Shown piece after piece: positions 1 through 7,143 of a stretch of 21,910 nt of DNA; position 1 is the first letter of the stretch; the number at the start of each line of letters is the position of its first letter. Source of the stretch: a virus; the IMG/VR virus record IMGVR_UViG_3300027905_000005, positions 1 through 21,910 of that record, one strand, 5' to 3'. The notes below the pieces were generated by a model. It was not told the DNA's origin. It ran no database searches and saw only the letters and a list, made by a program, of their open reading frames with translations. The position numbers and the translations under genes were made by a program.

Positions 1-37
1 AAGGAGGCGCGCAAACACAAGCCTGGTCTGTTGCGGA
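1..37. repeat. Terminal direct repeat, left copy. Most likely the assembly overlap of a circular or circularly permuted genome.
   Basis: AAGGAGGCGCGCAAACACAAGCCTGGTCTGTTGCGGA at 1-37 is identical to 21874-21910. The unit length of 21873 is divisible by 3, and an ORF stays in frame across the join. Confidence 0.9.
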
Positions 38-387
38 ATCTGGCAGCACAGGCGGCTAAGACGCACGCGGTACGCCAAGAGTTGGAGAAAGAGAGACTCC
101 GTAAAATGCCCGTCATTGAGCCACAGACGCCACCAGAACCATTGGACCTCACGCGGCGGTGGGATCGTATCCGCCAGGAGCTTAAGGCGAGGCTTACCCC
201 GGAGAGCTATGAGAACTGGTTCGCCCGAACGCGGCAGATTCAGCAAGACGCGGACAGCATGACCGTGGTAGCCAACGGTGACAATCAGGAAGCCGATTTC
301 ATCGTGGACGAGTACACGAATCTCATACGCGAGATTTGCGCAAAGCTCAACGAACCCAGTCTGATTATCTGGAGGGCGGGAAAATGA
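1..387 (+). CDS. Replication initiator, 3' part (wrap-around continuation of 20980..21910). The C-terminal domain resembles DnaA N-terminal domain I.
   Basis: Frame 1 is open from base 1, so the track ORF 31..387 is only a truncated view of it. RWDRIRQELKARLTPESYENWFARTRQIQQDADSMTVVANGDNQEADFIVDEYTNLIREI parallels E. coli DnaA domain I ([50 protein letters not shown]). Stop TGA at 385-387. Confidence 0.65.
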   Translation, partial: KEARKHKPGLLRNLAAQAAKTHAVRQELEKERLRKMPVIEPQTPPEPLDLTRRWDRIRQELKARLTPESYENWFARTRQIQQDADSMTVVANGDNQEADFIVDEYTNLIREICAKLNEPSLIIWRAGK

Positions 388-629
388 TATCGCCCGAATT
401 GTCGCAAGTCCTCACCGCACGCGAAACTCTGATGCTTGTGGCTATCTCGTTCGTCTCTGTTTGTTCAACCGGTTTTTTGTTGCTCTGGATTGAGCTTCGA
501 AGATGCGGCCATAGCCTTGCCGATTTGGTGCGCGTCCTTCGAGAGCATCAGGTTGCCGTGTCTTTCCCAGGACGCCCGGACTGGAACCGCGTTGAAGAAC
601 CGGCACAAAGGGGGACGCATGACTGCTAA
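384..629 (+). CDS. Small membrane protein, 81 aa, one predicted TM helix.
   Basis: ATG 384 overlaps the rep stop (ATGA), with GGAGG at 371-375. Hydrophobic stretch LMLVAISFVSVCSTGFLLLWI. The track ORF start at 336 lacks an RBS. Confidence 0.5.
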   Translation: MISPELSQVLTARETLMLVAISFVSVCSTGFLLLWIELRRCGHSLADLVRVLREHQVAVSFPGRPDWNRVEEPAQRGTHDC

Positions 630-771
630 TCCTGAACTCGAAAAACTTCCGAGCATCGATTACCTACTCGCGCGAATCCACGAAACCGATTTGCGCATGT
701 TGGAGCTTGCCTGTTCGATCTATCGCGCCCGAGTCGAAGGGAAGGAAGAAGTACAACCGAGGCGCGCGTGA
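619..771 (+). CDS. Small hypothetical protein, 50 aa, helical.
   Basis: ATG 619 is preceded by AAGGGGGA at 607-614 and overlaps the upstream gene by 11 nt. It is the internal Met of track ORF 436..771. Confidence 0.4.
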   Translation: MTANPELEKLPSIDYLLARIHETDLRMLELACSIYRARVEGKEEVQPRRA

Positions 772-1190
772 TCGGCGCATGTGCTCTTTGTGGCCAGCTC
801 ATCGCAGGACGGCCAACGGAGCTTAGAATTCTGAACGGCCCGCTGGGAACGGACCCGGCAGAGGAAGCCCGCCAGATCGAACTACAGGAGTTCGATGCAC
901 TCGCGGCGGAAACGCTGAAGCACATCGCGGCCCGTCACCCGGCAGAGAGTCAGGAGCTTACCGCCGTGGCGAACCTTTCGAGCAAGGTCTACGCCATGCG
1001 GAATTGCAGCTCATCGGACGAAAACTTTTTCTTGCTCCGCTCCATTTGGGCGGATACGATTTGCAGGGCAGTGTTTGCCCGGTTCCCGATTCAGGACGCG
1101 CGTGCGACCGGCGACGATTCGTCTTCGTCTTCGTCTTCATCGGGTTCAGGATCGTACGAAAAGAATTCGCCCAAAAACTTTTCCAACTGA
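768..1190 (+). CDS. Hypothetical protein, 140 aa, with N-terminal CxxC and a C-terminal poly-Ser run.
   Basis: GTG 768 overlaps the preceding stop (GTGA). CALCGQ lies near the N-terminus. The last 100 nt overlap the 3' end of the convergent gene 1091..2473. Confidence 0.45.
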   Translation: MIGACALCGQLIAGRPTELRILNGPLGTDPAEEARQIELQEFDALAAETLKHIAARHPAESQELTAVANLSSKVYAMRNCSSSDENFFLLRSIWADTICRAVFARFPIQDARATGDDSSSSSSSSGSGSYEKNSPKNFSN

Positions 1191-2473
1191 GGGCGCTTGA
1201 CAGCGTCCGCGAGAATGGGCGCGGCTTGTGGGTTCATCGCAAGCAACCCGAGCACGCCCACGGCCCCGTGAGGCTCAAGAAAGCGGTAGACTTCGAGCCC
1301 GCCCGGATGCCACTGACAGACGAACGCGGCGAAGTCAAAACCATTGATCCCTTCGCCGATCTTGATGAAAGCTAATTCCGCAACCTCCGCGATTCTGTCA
1401 GCCATGTTCATGGGCGCGGGCGGTGTCTGTTGCACCGGCGCACCCGGCGCGGATTGAGCAGCGCGGCCAGGGGCGCGGCGCTCTATATCGATATCGAGCC
1501 TCGCCTTTTGTTGCTGCAAAAAAGTGACCCCCTGAATTATTTCGGGAATGAGAACGGCGGCGCTCTTGAGCACTTCCGACAAACCCGCAAGCATGTTATC
1601 ACCAGCGACGGCAGAGACGGCGGCAACCGGCCCGCGCGTTTTCTCGATGAAGCCCTGTATCCGTTCCCACGTCTGGAACGGGTCCTCATTGCGGCCCGCA
1701 GGGTTGTTGCGTCCCAGCTTGACTAAAACCAGTTCCGCGATTTGATCGGCGCTCACCGGCGCGGAGGCGGGAGACTCAGGGCGCAGCAGCTTGGCAATCG
1801 AGATGCTTTGTTCGATCATGTCTTTCGGGTTTTGTGTTCCCTGCCCGATCAGCTTAAGCAGCACCTGGCCGATTACTTCACGGCTCACCAGTTCACTGGA
1901 GCCCGCAGGCGCGACTGCGACGGCGGAAGGCGTCACGGGTCCATCGCGTTCGGTCCGAACGCGTGGTGCGCCCGCAGCGTCCCGTATCAAGGCCCCCTTT
2001 TCGATGAGTCGGTTTATCTCATCGATGTTTTCCGAGGCACCCAAACAGAGCGTGCGAATGTCATAGACCGGCTCACGCTCAGGGTCATCAAGAGCGAAGA
2101 TGAGCGTAGCTACTTCGGTCTGGCCCTTGTCGCGCAGTTTGTCGTTCAGCCGGAACTGATATTTCCCGCGTCCGAAGTTTTTCAGGACGAAATCGGCGTT
2201 CATTTCGTCGGGTTCGAAGGTTTTGCGGATGGTGTGTTCTTTCACTCCGATCAGCCCGAAATCGATTTTCGGCAAAAGCCTGTAGATGGAGAGATTCAAC
2301 CCGCTTTTGTTGGGATAGCCCGCCAGATATTGATCGAAGTCTTCCGGCTTCTGAAGTGCCAGCCGAAACCGCGAATAATCGAAAATGCGCCCCTTGGAAC
2401 GGGGTTTTCCCGCCCGTGGCACGGCATTTTCCTGCCTGTTCGATGCCGTTTTAACCGGCGCTTGCGTGGCCAT
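1091..2473 (-). CDS. Hypothetical protein, 460 aa, with an acidic C-terminal tail (DPEPDEDEDEDESS). Function unknown.
   Basis: ATG at 2473-2471 is preceded on the minus strand by GGAGGA with 8-nt spacing. The longer track ORF reaching 2716 has no RBS and would overlap the divergent gene. No recognisable catalytic motif. Confidence 0.7.
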   Translation of the reverse strand: MATQAPVKTASNRQENAVPRAGKPRSKGRIFDYSRFRLALQKPEDFDQYLAGYPNKSGLNLSIYRLLPKIDFGLIGVKEHTIRKTFEPDEMNADFVLKNFGRGKYQFRLNDKLRDKGQTEVATLIFALDDPEREPVYDIRTLCLGASENIDEINRLIEKGALIRDAAGAPRVRTERDGPVTPSAVAVAPAGSSELVSREVIGQVLLKLIGQGTQNPKDMIEQSISIAKLLRPESPASAPVSADQIAELVLVKLGRNNPAGRNEDPFQTWERIQGFIEKTRGPVAAVSAVAGDNMLAGLSEVLKSAAVLIPEIIQGVTFLQQQKARLDIDIERRAPGRAAQSAPGAPVQQTPPAPMNMADRIAEVAELAFIKIGEGINGFDFAAFVCQWHPGGLEVYRFLEPHGAVGVLGLLAMNPQAAPILADAVKRPQLEKFLGEFFSYDPEPDEDEDEDESSPVARAS

Positions 2474-2641
2474 TCGTGAAATCCTCCATACCCTACATAC
2501 AGTACAGTAAGCCCCGAGCTTGCGGGAGTCGCGCGCGAAGCGAAACGATGAAGCTTGCCACGTCCATCGGCAGTATCGGCGATCACGCGATTCGACCCGC
2601 TGTTTACCCAGCCCGTGCGGATCGAGGAATTCAATCGCCCG

Positions 2642-3865
2642 ATGCTTTCCGATGAAGTCGAGACGGCGCAAACCGTGTCGCTCATGGATGAACTTTCCGA
2701 ACAAGACGCGGCCCACCGGCTTGTGATCGATGCCACGGCGCGCGCCCTTGATGAAGATGGTTTGACGTTCGATGCTTCACCGCTGGAAAAGACGGTAGCG
2801 ATTTACTGGTTCCTGAAAAGGAGTATCAGATATGTACCCACCGAAGGCACCAGCCCATTAGTCGATCAGACTTTGATTCCACCAGCCACACTTTTGGCGA
2901 TGCCAGATCCGGAGGGCGACTGTCCCCAGTTCTCAATGCTGGCATCGGCCATGCTCCGCGTGTGTTGCATTCCGAGTTTCTATAAGACCATCGCGGCGGC
3001 GGAAGAGTACCCGAACACCTACAGCCACATCTACAACATGGTGGACGTTGGCGGCGGTTCGTTCATGCCTTTCGATTCGTCGAACGGCCCCGCCCCCGGC
3101 GCGGAGTTTGCGCACCCTTATAAGGCGCGCGTGTGGCCACAGATAAGAAAGATCACCTGTGACGGGACCGCACCTTCCCGCGATCGAGGCGTCACGAGTG
3201 ACAGGGCGCCCGCGACGATGGGCCGGCCCGTCACGCGTGACGCGGCCGGAAGCTTTCAGCCGCGGCAAGTCACGAAAGGAAATCGAGCCATGCAGCGAAT
3301 GAGAAACGCCCCCGTGGGAAATCGCAACGCTATTCTGAGACGCGGGTTGCAGCATGGCCACCTGTTCTATCCGCTTCAGGGTTTGCGGCGACTCGGCCAG
3401 GACGATGGCAGCGATATAGCCGATACGTTCTCATCCGGCCCCGGTTCAGCCACGCCCGATTACTACACTCCGGCCACGACGAGCGGCCCGACGTGCGGAG
3501 TAGATATCGCGTGCGGTTCGAACCCGACAGCGGCGGAACTGGCCAACGCGGGGTTTCCCCTGGCGACCGCGATTGCAACCGCACCCAGCCCCGTCACCGG
3601 CAATTCGTCCCCGAGCCCCACCACACTGGCGGCAGCTCTCGCAGCCGACGCCACGCAACTGGTTTCGCCGATCATCAAGGCGGCAACGCAGCAACAGCCG
3701 TACTACATCACGAACCCGCAGACCGGCCAGTCAGTTCTCTACAACCCGAACACCGGAGGCACGGCGGGAACATTCGGCGCAAGCCTTTCATCACTTAGTC
3801 CGACCACGATTCTGATAGGCGTGGTTCTCATCGGAGCCCTGGCCATGTTCAGCGGGAAGAAATGA
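2642..3865 (+). CDS. Transglutaminase-like cysteine-protease-fold protein, followed by a low-complexity linker and a C-terminal membrane anchor.
   Basis: Cys/His/Asp arrangement GDCPQFSMLASAMLRVCCIP ... YSHIYNMV ... PFDSSNG with transglutaminase-core-like spacing. ATG 2642 has GAGGA at 2624-2628; the alternative TTG at 2555 is the track start. C-terminus TTILIGVVLIGALAMFSGKK. An internal Met at 3290 has its own RBS-like AAAGGAAA. Confidence 0.55.
   Translation: MLSDEVETAQTVSLMDELSEQDAAHRLVIDATARALDEDGLTFDASPLEKTVAIYWFLKRSIRYVPTEGTSPLVDQTLIPPATLLAMPDPEGDCPQFSMLASAMLRVCCIPSFYKTIAAAEEYPNTYSHIYNMVDVGGGSFMPFDSSNGPAPGAEFAHPYKARVWPQIRKITCDGTAPSRDRGVTSDRAPATMGRPVTRDAAGSFQPRQVTKGNRAMQRMRNAPVGNRNAILRRGLQHGHLFYPLQGLRRLGQDDGSDIADTFSSGPGSATPDYYTPATTSGPTCGVDIACGSNPTAAELANAGFPLATAIATAPSPVTGNSSPSPTTLAAALAADATQLVSPIIKAATQQQPYYITNPQTGQSVLYNPNTGGTAGTFGASLSSLSPTTILIGVVLIGALAMFSGKK
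3152..3273. promoter_or_regulatory. Repeat array A: four sites phased at 39 bp, lying in frame inside CDS 2642..3865.
   Basis: ATCACCTGTGAC at 3152, GTCACGAGTGAC at 3191, GTCACGCGTGAC at 3230, and a GTCAC half-site at 3269. GGGCCGGCCCGTCAC at 3220-3234 and GTGACAGGGCGCCCGC at 3198-3213. Confidence 0.8.
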
Positions 3866-4584
3866 TCCGCAACGTTTCCACGCTGAGAGCCACAGGCCCC
3901 GCTTACCGGCGCAAGCTGGGACAGACGGGCGCACTTGCCGCGATGAACTTCAACCCGATCACGGCGGGCATCAGCGTGGGAGTCGGACTGGCCAGCACCG
4001 CCGTTTCCGACTGGATGAACTCGATTCAGCTCTCACACGACGCGGACACCGCAACAACTCTTATAGTGAACGGACTGGCGACACAGCTTGCGAATCTGGA
4101 CTCCGCTTACTTTGCCGAGAACCCGCCATCGTGCGCCGATCAGCGCGCGGCGCTCGATGCGTACGATGAGGCATGGGCATGGCTTCAATCCCCGGCAGCG
4201 TGTGGAAATCCGAGTTACGGACGTGCCGGCAACGCCTGTATCAGCGATAGGGCCCCAGGCGGAAAGTTCCCATGGGCAACTTACTACCGCACACCCATAG
4301 CGAACGATCCGCGCCTGGCCAATGCGGGATGCGACACCAGCCAGCAAGTCATTCTGCCGTCACTCACCACGGGAACTTATCAGCCGACCGGGATCACGGC
4401 GGCGGGACAACTCGATAACACCACACCGGCCCCGACGCAAACGCAAACGCAAACACAGCCCGCGGCCGCATCGTCCGTTCCAGCGGGATCGGCCGCAATT
4501 CCCCCGGCAGCTATTCCCGCGTCTATCTCACCCGTTTTGATTTACGCAGCACTGGGACTGGGAGCCCTTTTCTTAATCCGATGA
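3862..4584 (+). CDS. C-terminally anchored Cys-containing protein with a TQTQTQ / Pro-Ala-rich stalk. Putative virion or membrane protein.
   Basis: ATGA overlap with the upstream stop; alternative start at ATG 3943. The C-terminus ISPVLIYAALGLGALFLIR is a hydrophobic helix followed by a basic residue. Confidence 0.6.
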   Translation: MIRNVSTLRATGPAYRRKLGQTGALAAMNFNPITAGISVGVGLASTAVSDWMNSIQLSHDADTATTLIVNGLATQLANLDSAYFAENPPSCADQRAALDAYDEAWAWLQSPAACGNPSYGRAGNACISDRAPGGKFPWATYYRTPIANDPRLANAGCDTSQQVILPSLTTGTYQPTGITAAGQLDNTTPAPTQTQTQTQPAAASSVPAGSAAIPPAAIPASISPVLIYAALGLGALFLIR

Positions 4585-5117
4585 TGCACACCCTGAGAGG
4601 ACCGGCCCGCCGAATCGCCATCGTCCAGGTTCCGCGCACGCAACTGAACCGGCTGGGAAGAATCGGGAGCATTCGAGAGGAAGACTGGTCGATTATTCCG
4701 AGCGGGTTTACACAGCTCACCGATGAACCTTACATGCCCGCGCAACCGACCGACGCCAGCGGGCAGAAAGTAACCAGCCCGCCGACAACTTCACAGTGGA
4801 TAGCTTCCATTATCCAGGCGCAATCGACGGCGCGCGAATCGACCCCCGGCACTTTGATCTATACCCCGGCGCCACGCGTGGCGGCGCCCGTCGTGGCGCG
4901 CTGGAACAGTTGGGCGGGTCCCTGCGCCACCGCCACACCCGGCGATGCCAGCTCGAGCGCGGGAAACGGCAACGGCACCGTGACCGCAACCGATTCGACG
5001 GCCACACCACCAGCGGCTACCGGACTGAACATTCCAGGAATCCTTTACGTGGCGGCGGCGTTGGGCGCGTTCGCATCGGCGGCGTACTTACTTGACAGTC
5101 TGACGGGAAGGAAATAG
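4581..5117 (+). CDS. C-terminally anchored Ser/Thr/Pro/Ala-rich protein.
   Basis: ATGA overlap with the upstream stop. C-terminus NIPGILYVAAALGAFASAAYLLDSLTGRK. Confidence 0.55.
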   Translation: MMHTLRGPARRIAIVQVPRTQLNRLGRIGSIREEDWSIIPSGFTQLTDEPYMPAQPTDASGQKVTSPPTTSQWIASIIQAQSTARESTPGTLIYTPAPRVAAPVVARWNSWAGPCATATPGDASSSAGNGNGTVTATDSTATPPAATGLNIPGILYVAAALGAFASAAYLLDSLTGRK

Positions 5118-5123
5118 GAATCC

Positions 5124-6269
5124 ATGGCACAAGGCGGCAGCGGCACGACTTTAGTTTTAGTGGCGGGCGCGGGCATCGGCGCTTATTTCTACTGGCCTGA
5201 AATTTCCGCGTGGCTCACGTCGATGGGTGTTCCGCTTCCGGGTTCGACACCGGCCCCGCCCGCGCAATCGAGCACACCGTCAACCCTTCCACCGGCGACA
5301 CCCCCCGGAGCGCAGACCACCAACAGCACGCCCGTGGTGAATCAGTGGCAACCGGCGGCGGGTTCCGTGCCCATCGGAAATTCAGGTTGCTATTCCTATG
5401 CAGGCGTCATCAGTTGCCCGCCCGGAATGACAGCCCCGCCCCCGGCGCAACCCGCGAACAACTGCCAGCCAGGGTACACGGTCGATGCAAGCGGCATCTG
5501 CACCGAATACACGGACGCGCAGATAGTCGCAGGGTTGAACTCGATCCAGTGGAGCGGCCTTAATAACATTCCCGCCGAGCAGATCAACCGCATCGATCCG
5601 CAACTGTTGGCCGAATACACGACCATGACCGGCGTAACACCGGGCAGCGTTCTTGCCTACATGCTGGGACTGGGAGGGGCAGCAGCCAGCGGAACGCAAG
5701 TCACCGGCACGGACGGGAACCTTTACATCATGCAGGGCGGTTTGTTCATGCGTCAGGCAAAGGGAACCCTTTCGGGAATTCGCGGCGCGCGTCTGGGAGC
5801 GATAGCGGCGGCGCTTCCGGTCACCAACGACATTCTGATGAAGGCCAGCTATGACCCGGACACCGCAGCCATCTTAGGCAGCGATCCGCGCGGACTGTTG
5901 ACCGTGGCTCAGTGGAATTATTTCTACTCTCAGGCCAGCGGCGTTCTGCAATCGAAACCCACACATCCGTTTGGAGAGCAGGGCGCGAAGATCAACGCAC
6001 AGCAGTATCAGGCGCTCAGGCAGCAAGCCGGGTTGCCCGTGAAGCTGGGAACGATTCACAACTCGCGGCCCGGAGCCTTTCCGCTGGGAAGCATTCGAGA
6101 CGGAGCCAGCCGCACACCGTTTTCGTATCCAGGCAATCGGAACATCTACCGCATACCAGGGCGCGGCGCGGTTCCGCAAAAGATGGGAACGATTTCGAAT
6201 GGCGGCGGCGATCATCGCTGGAGTCGAAGCCCGTTTCCCCGGCCCGCATGGTGGCGAACCGCTGAATGA
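5124..6269 (+). CDS. N-terminally anchored protein, 381 aa, with a Pro/Thr-rich stalk and a Cys-containing globular part. Putative virion/membrane protein.
   Basis: ATG 5124 is preceded by GGAAGGAAATAGGAA. N-terminal hydrophobic helix TTLVLVAGAGIGAYFYW. The longest ORF in this interval. Confidence 0.6.
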   Translation: MAQGGSGTTLVLVAGAGIGAYFYWPEISAWLTSMGVPLPGSTPAPPAQSSTPSTLPPATPPGAQTTNSTPVVNQWQPAAGSVPIGNSGCYSYAGVISCPPGMTAPPPAQPANNCQPGYTVDASGICTEYTDAQIVAGLNSIQWSGLNNIPAEQINRIDPQLLAEYTTMTGVTPGSVLAYMLGLGGAAASGTQVTGTDGNLYIMQGGLFMRQAKGTLSGIRGARLGAIAAALPVTNDILMKASYDPDTAAILGSDPRGLLTVAQWNYFYSQASGVLQSKPTHPFGEQGAKINAQQYQALRQQAGLPVKLGTIHNSRPGAFPLGSIRDGASRTPFSYPGNRNIYRIPGRGAVPQKMGTISNGGGDHRWSRSPFPRPAWWRTAE

Positions 6270-6697
6270 GCATCAGAACCCCAAGACGGCGAAGGCTGGG
6301 AGACGATCCCAGCGCATTCGGCGCAACGTGTCAGCCTGCTTGCAGTGCGGGCGGGACTCTTTGCCCGGACCCGTCAGGGTTTCTTTCATCCCTGAATCCG
6401 TGTTGCTCGTCGATCTACAACGCAGCCCCCGGCGACGGATATTGCGGAGGCGGTTCGAGCCCGACAGTAAGCGCGATCAGCAGTCAGGTGGGAGGCGCAC
6501 AGGACCCATGCACGGCGGGCGGGTTGCTTTGTCCGCAACCCGATTCGACCGGCGCAAGCCTCAACCCGTGTTGCTGGTCGAGCGCGGCGTCAGCCACCAA
6601 CACGGCCCCGCCCGCCACGAGTTCGATTCTGCTATGGGGCGGCGGCGTGCTCATCGTCGGACTGATTTTATTCGGAGGAGGGAGTAGGCGCAGATGA
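6266..6697 (+). CDS. Cys-rich, C-terminally anchored protein with an internally duplicated Cys motif.
   Basis: ATGA overlap. Motif pair CSAGGTLCPDPSGFLSSLNPCCSS / CTAGGLLCPQPDSTGASLNPCCWS. C-terminus ILLWGGGVLIVGLILFGGGSRRR. Confidence 0.6.
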   Translation: MSIRTPRRRRLGDDPSAFGATCQPACSAGGTLCPDPSGFLSSLNPCCSSIYNAAPGDGYCGGGSSPTVSAISSQVGGAQDPCTAGGLLCPQPDSTGASLNPCCWSSAASATNTAPPATSSILLWGGGVLIVGLILFGGGSRRR

Positions 6698-7143
6698 TAC
6701 GCAACGTCCCCGAGGCCGTGGGTGTAATCGATCGGTCGATTCTGAAATGGAGATCGCAGCACCTTCGTGGCGCGTGTTGCAGCGCGTGCGGAGCCACGGG
6801 CGGACATTGCGGCGAAACCGGCCCGCCCATCGGCGCGCCCGCCCAGCACACACACAAGACGTTCGGCGTTTTGGGCGACGTGCAATGCGATCAGGACGGC
6901 AACTGTTACGACAGCTCAACCGGCGAACTGCTTTCGAGCCCGGCGGAAGCGGCGGCGGGAAACCCGGCCTACATCATGAGCGGCCCGAATCCGACAGCGC
7001 AGCAGATAGCGGCGGGAATGCCATCGGCGGGAATGCCCTCTACCGTATCGTCGGTTTCGGCGTGGTTCTCTAACAACTCAGCCACCCTTGTGGGTTTGGG
7101 CGCACTCGTCGGAGTGCTGGCCTTCGTAAGCGGGCGCAGATGA
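6694..7143 (+). CDS. Cys-rich, C-terminally anchored protein.
   Basis: ATGA overlap. It starts MIRNV, like the gene at 3862. Contains CCSACGATGGHCG. C-terminus ATLVGLGALVGVLAFVSGRR. Confidence 0.6.
   Translation: MIRNVPEAVGVIDRSILKWRSQHLRGACCSACGATGGHCGETGPPIGAPAQHTHKTFGVLGDVQCDQDGNCYDSSTGELLSSPAEAAAGNPAYIMSGPNPTAQQIAAGMPSAGMPSTVSSVSAWFSNNSATLVGLGALVGVLAFVSGRR

Noticed and set aside
1742-2479. 245-aa plus-strand ORF.
   Set aside because: It lies entirely antisense within the longer minus-strand ORF 1091..2473, which has a canonical GGAGGA-N8-ATG start.
2490-2510. TACATACAGTACAGTA in the divergent intergenic region as a possible LexA/SOS box.
   Set aside because: It is a direct ACAGT repeat, not the CTGT-N8-ACAG inverted arrangement. 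There is no second half-site, and the host is unknown.
2474-2716. N-terminal extension of the minus-strand ORF to 2716 (the 541-aa version), and the 2296..2736 minus-strand ORF.
   Set aside because: The extension has no RBS and runs through the divergent promoter region into the start of the plus-strand gene. The internal ATG at 2473 has a strong RBS.
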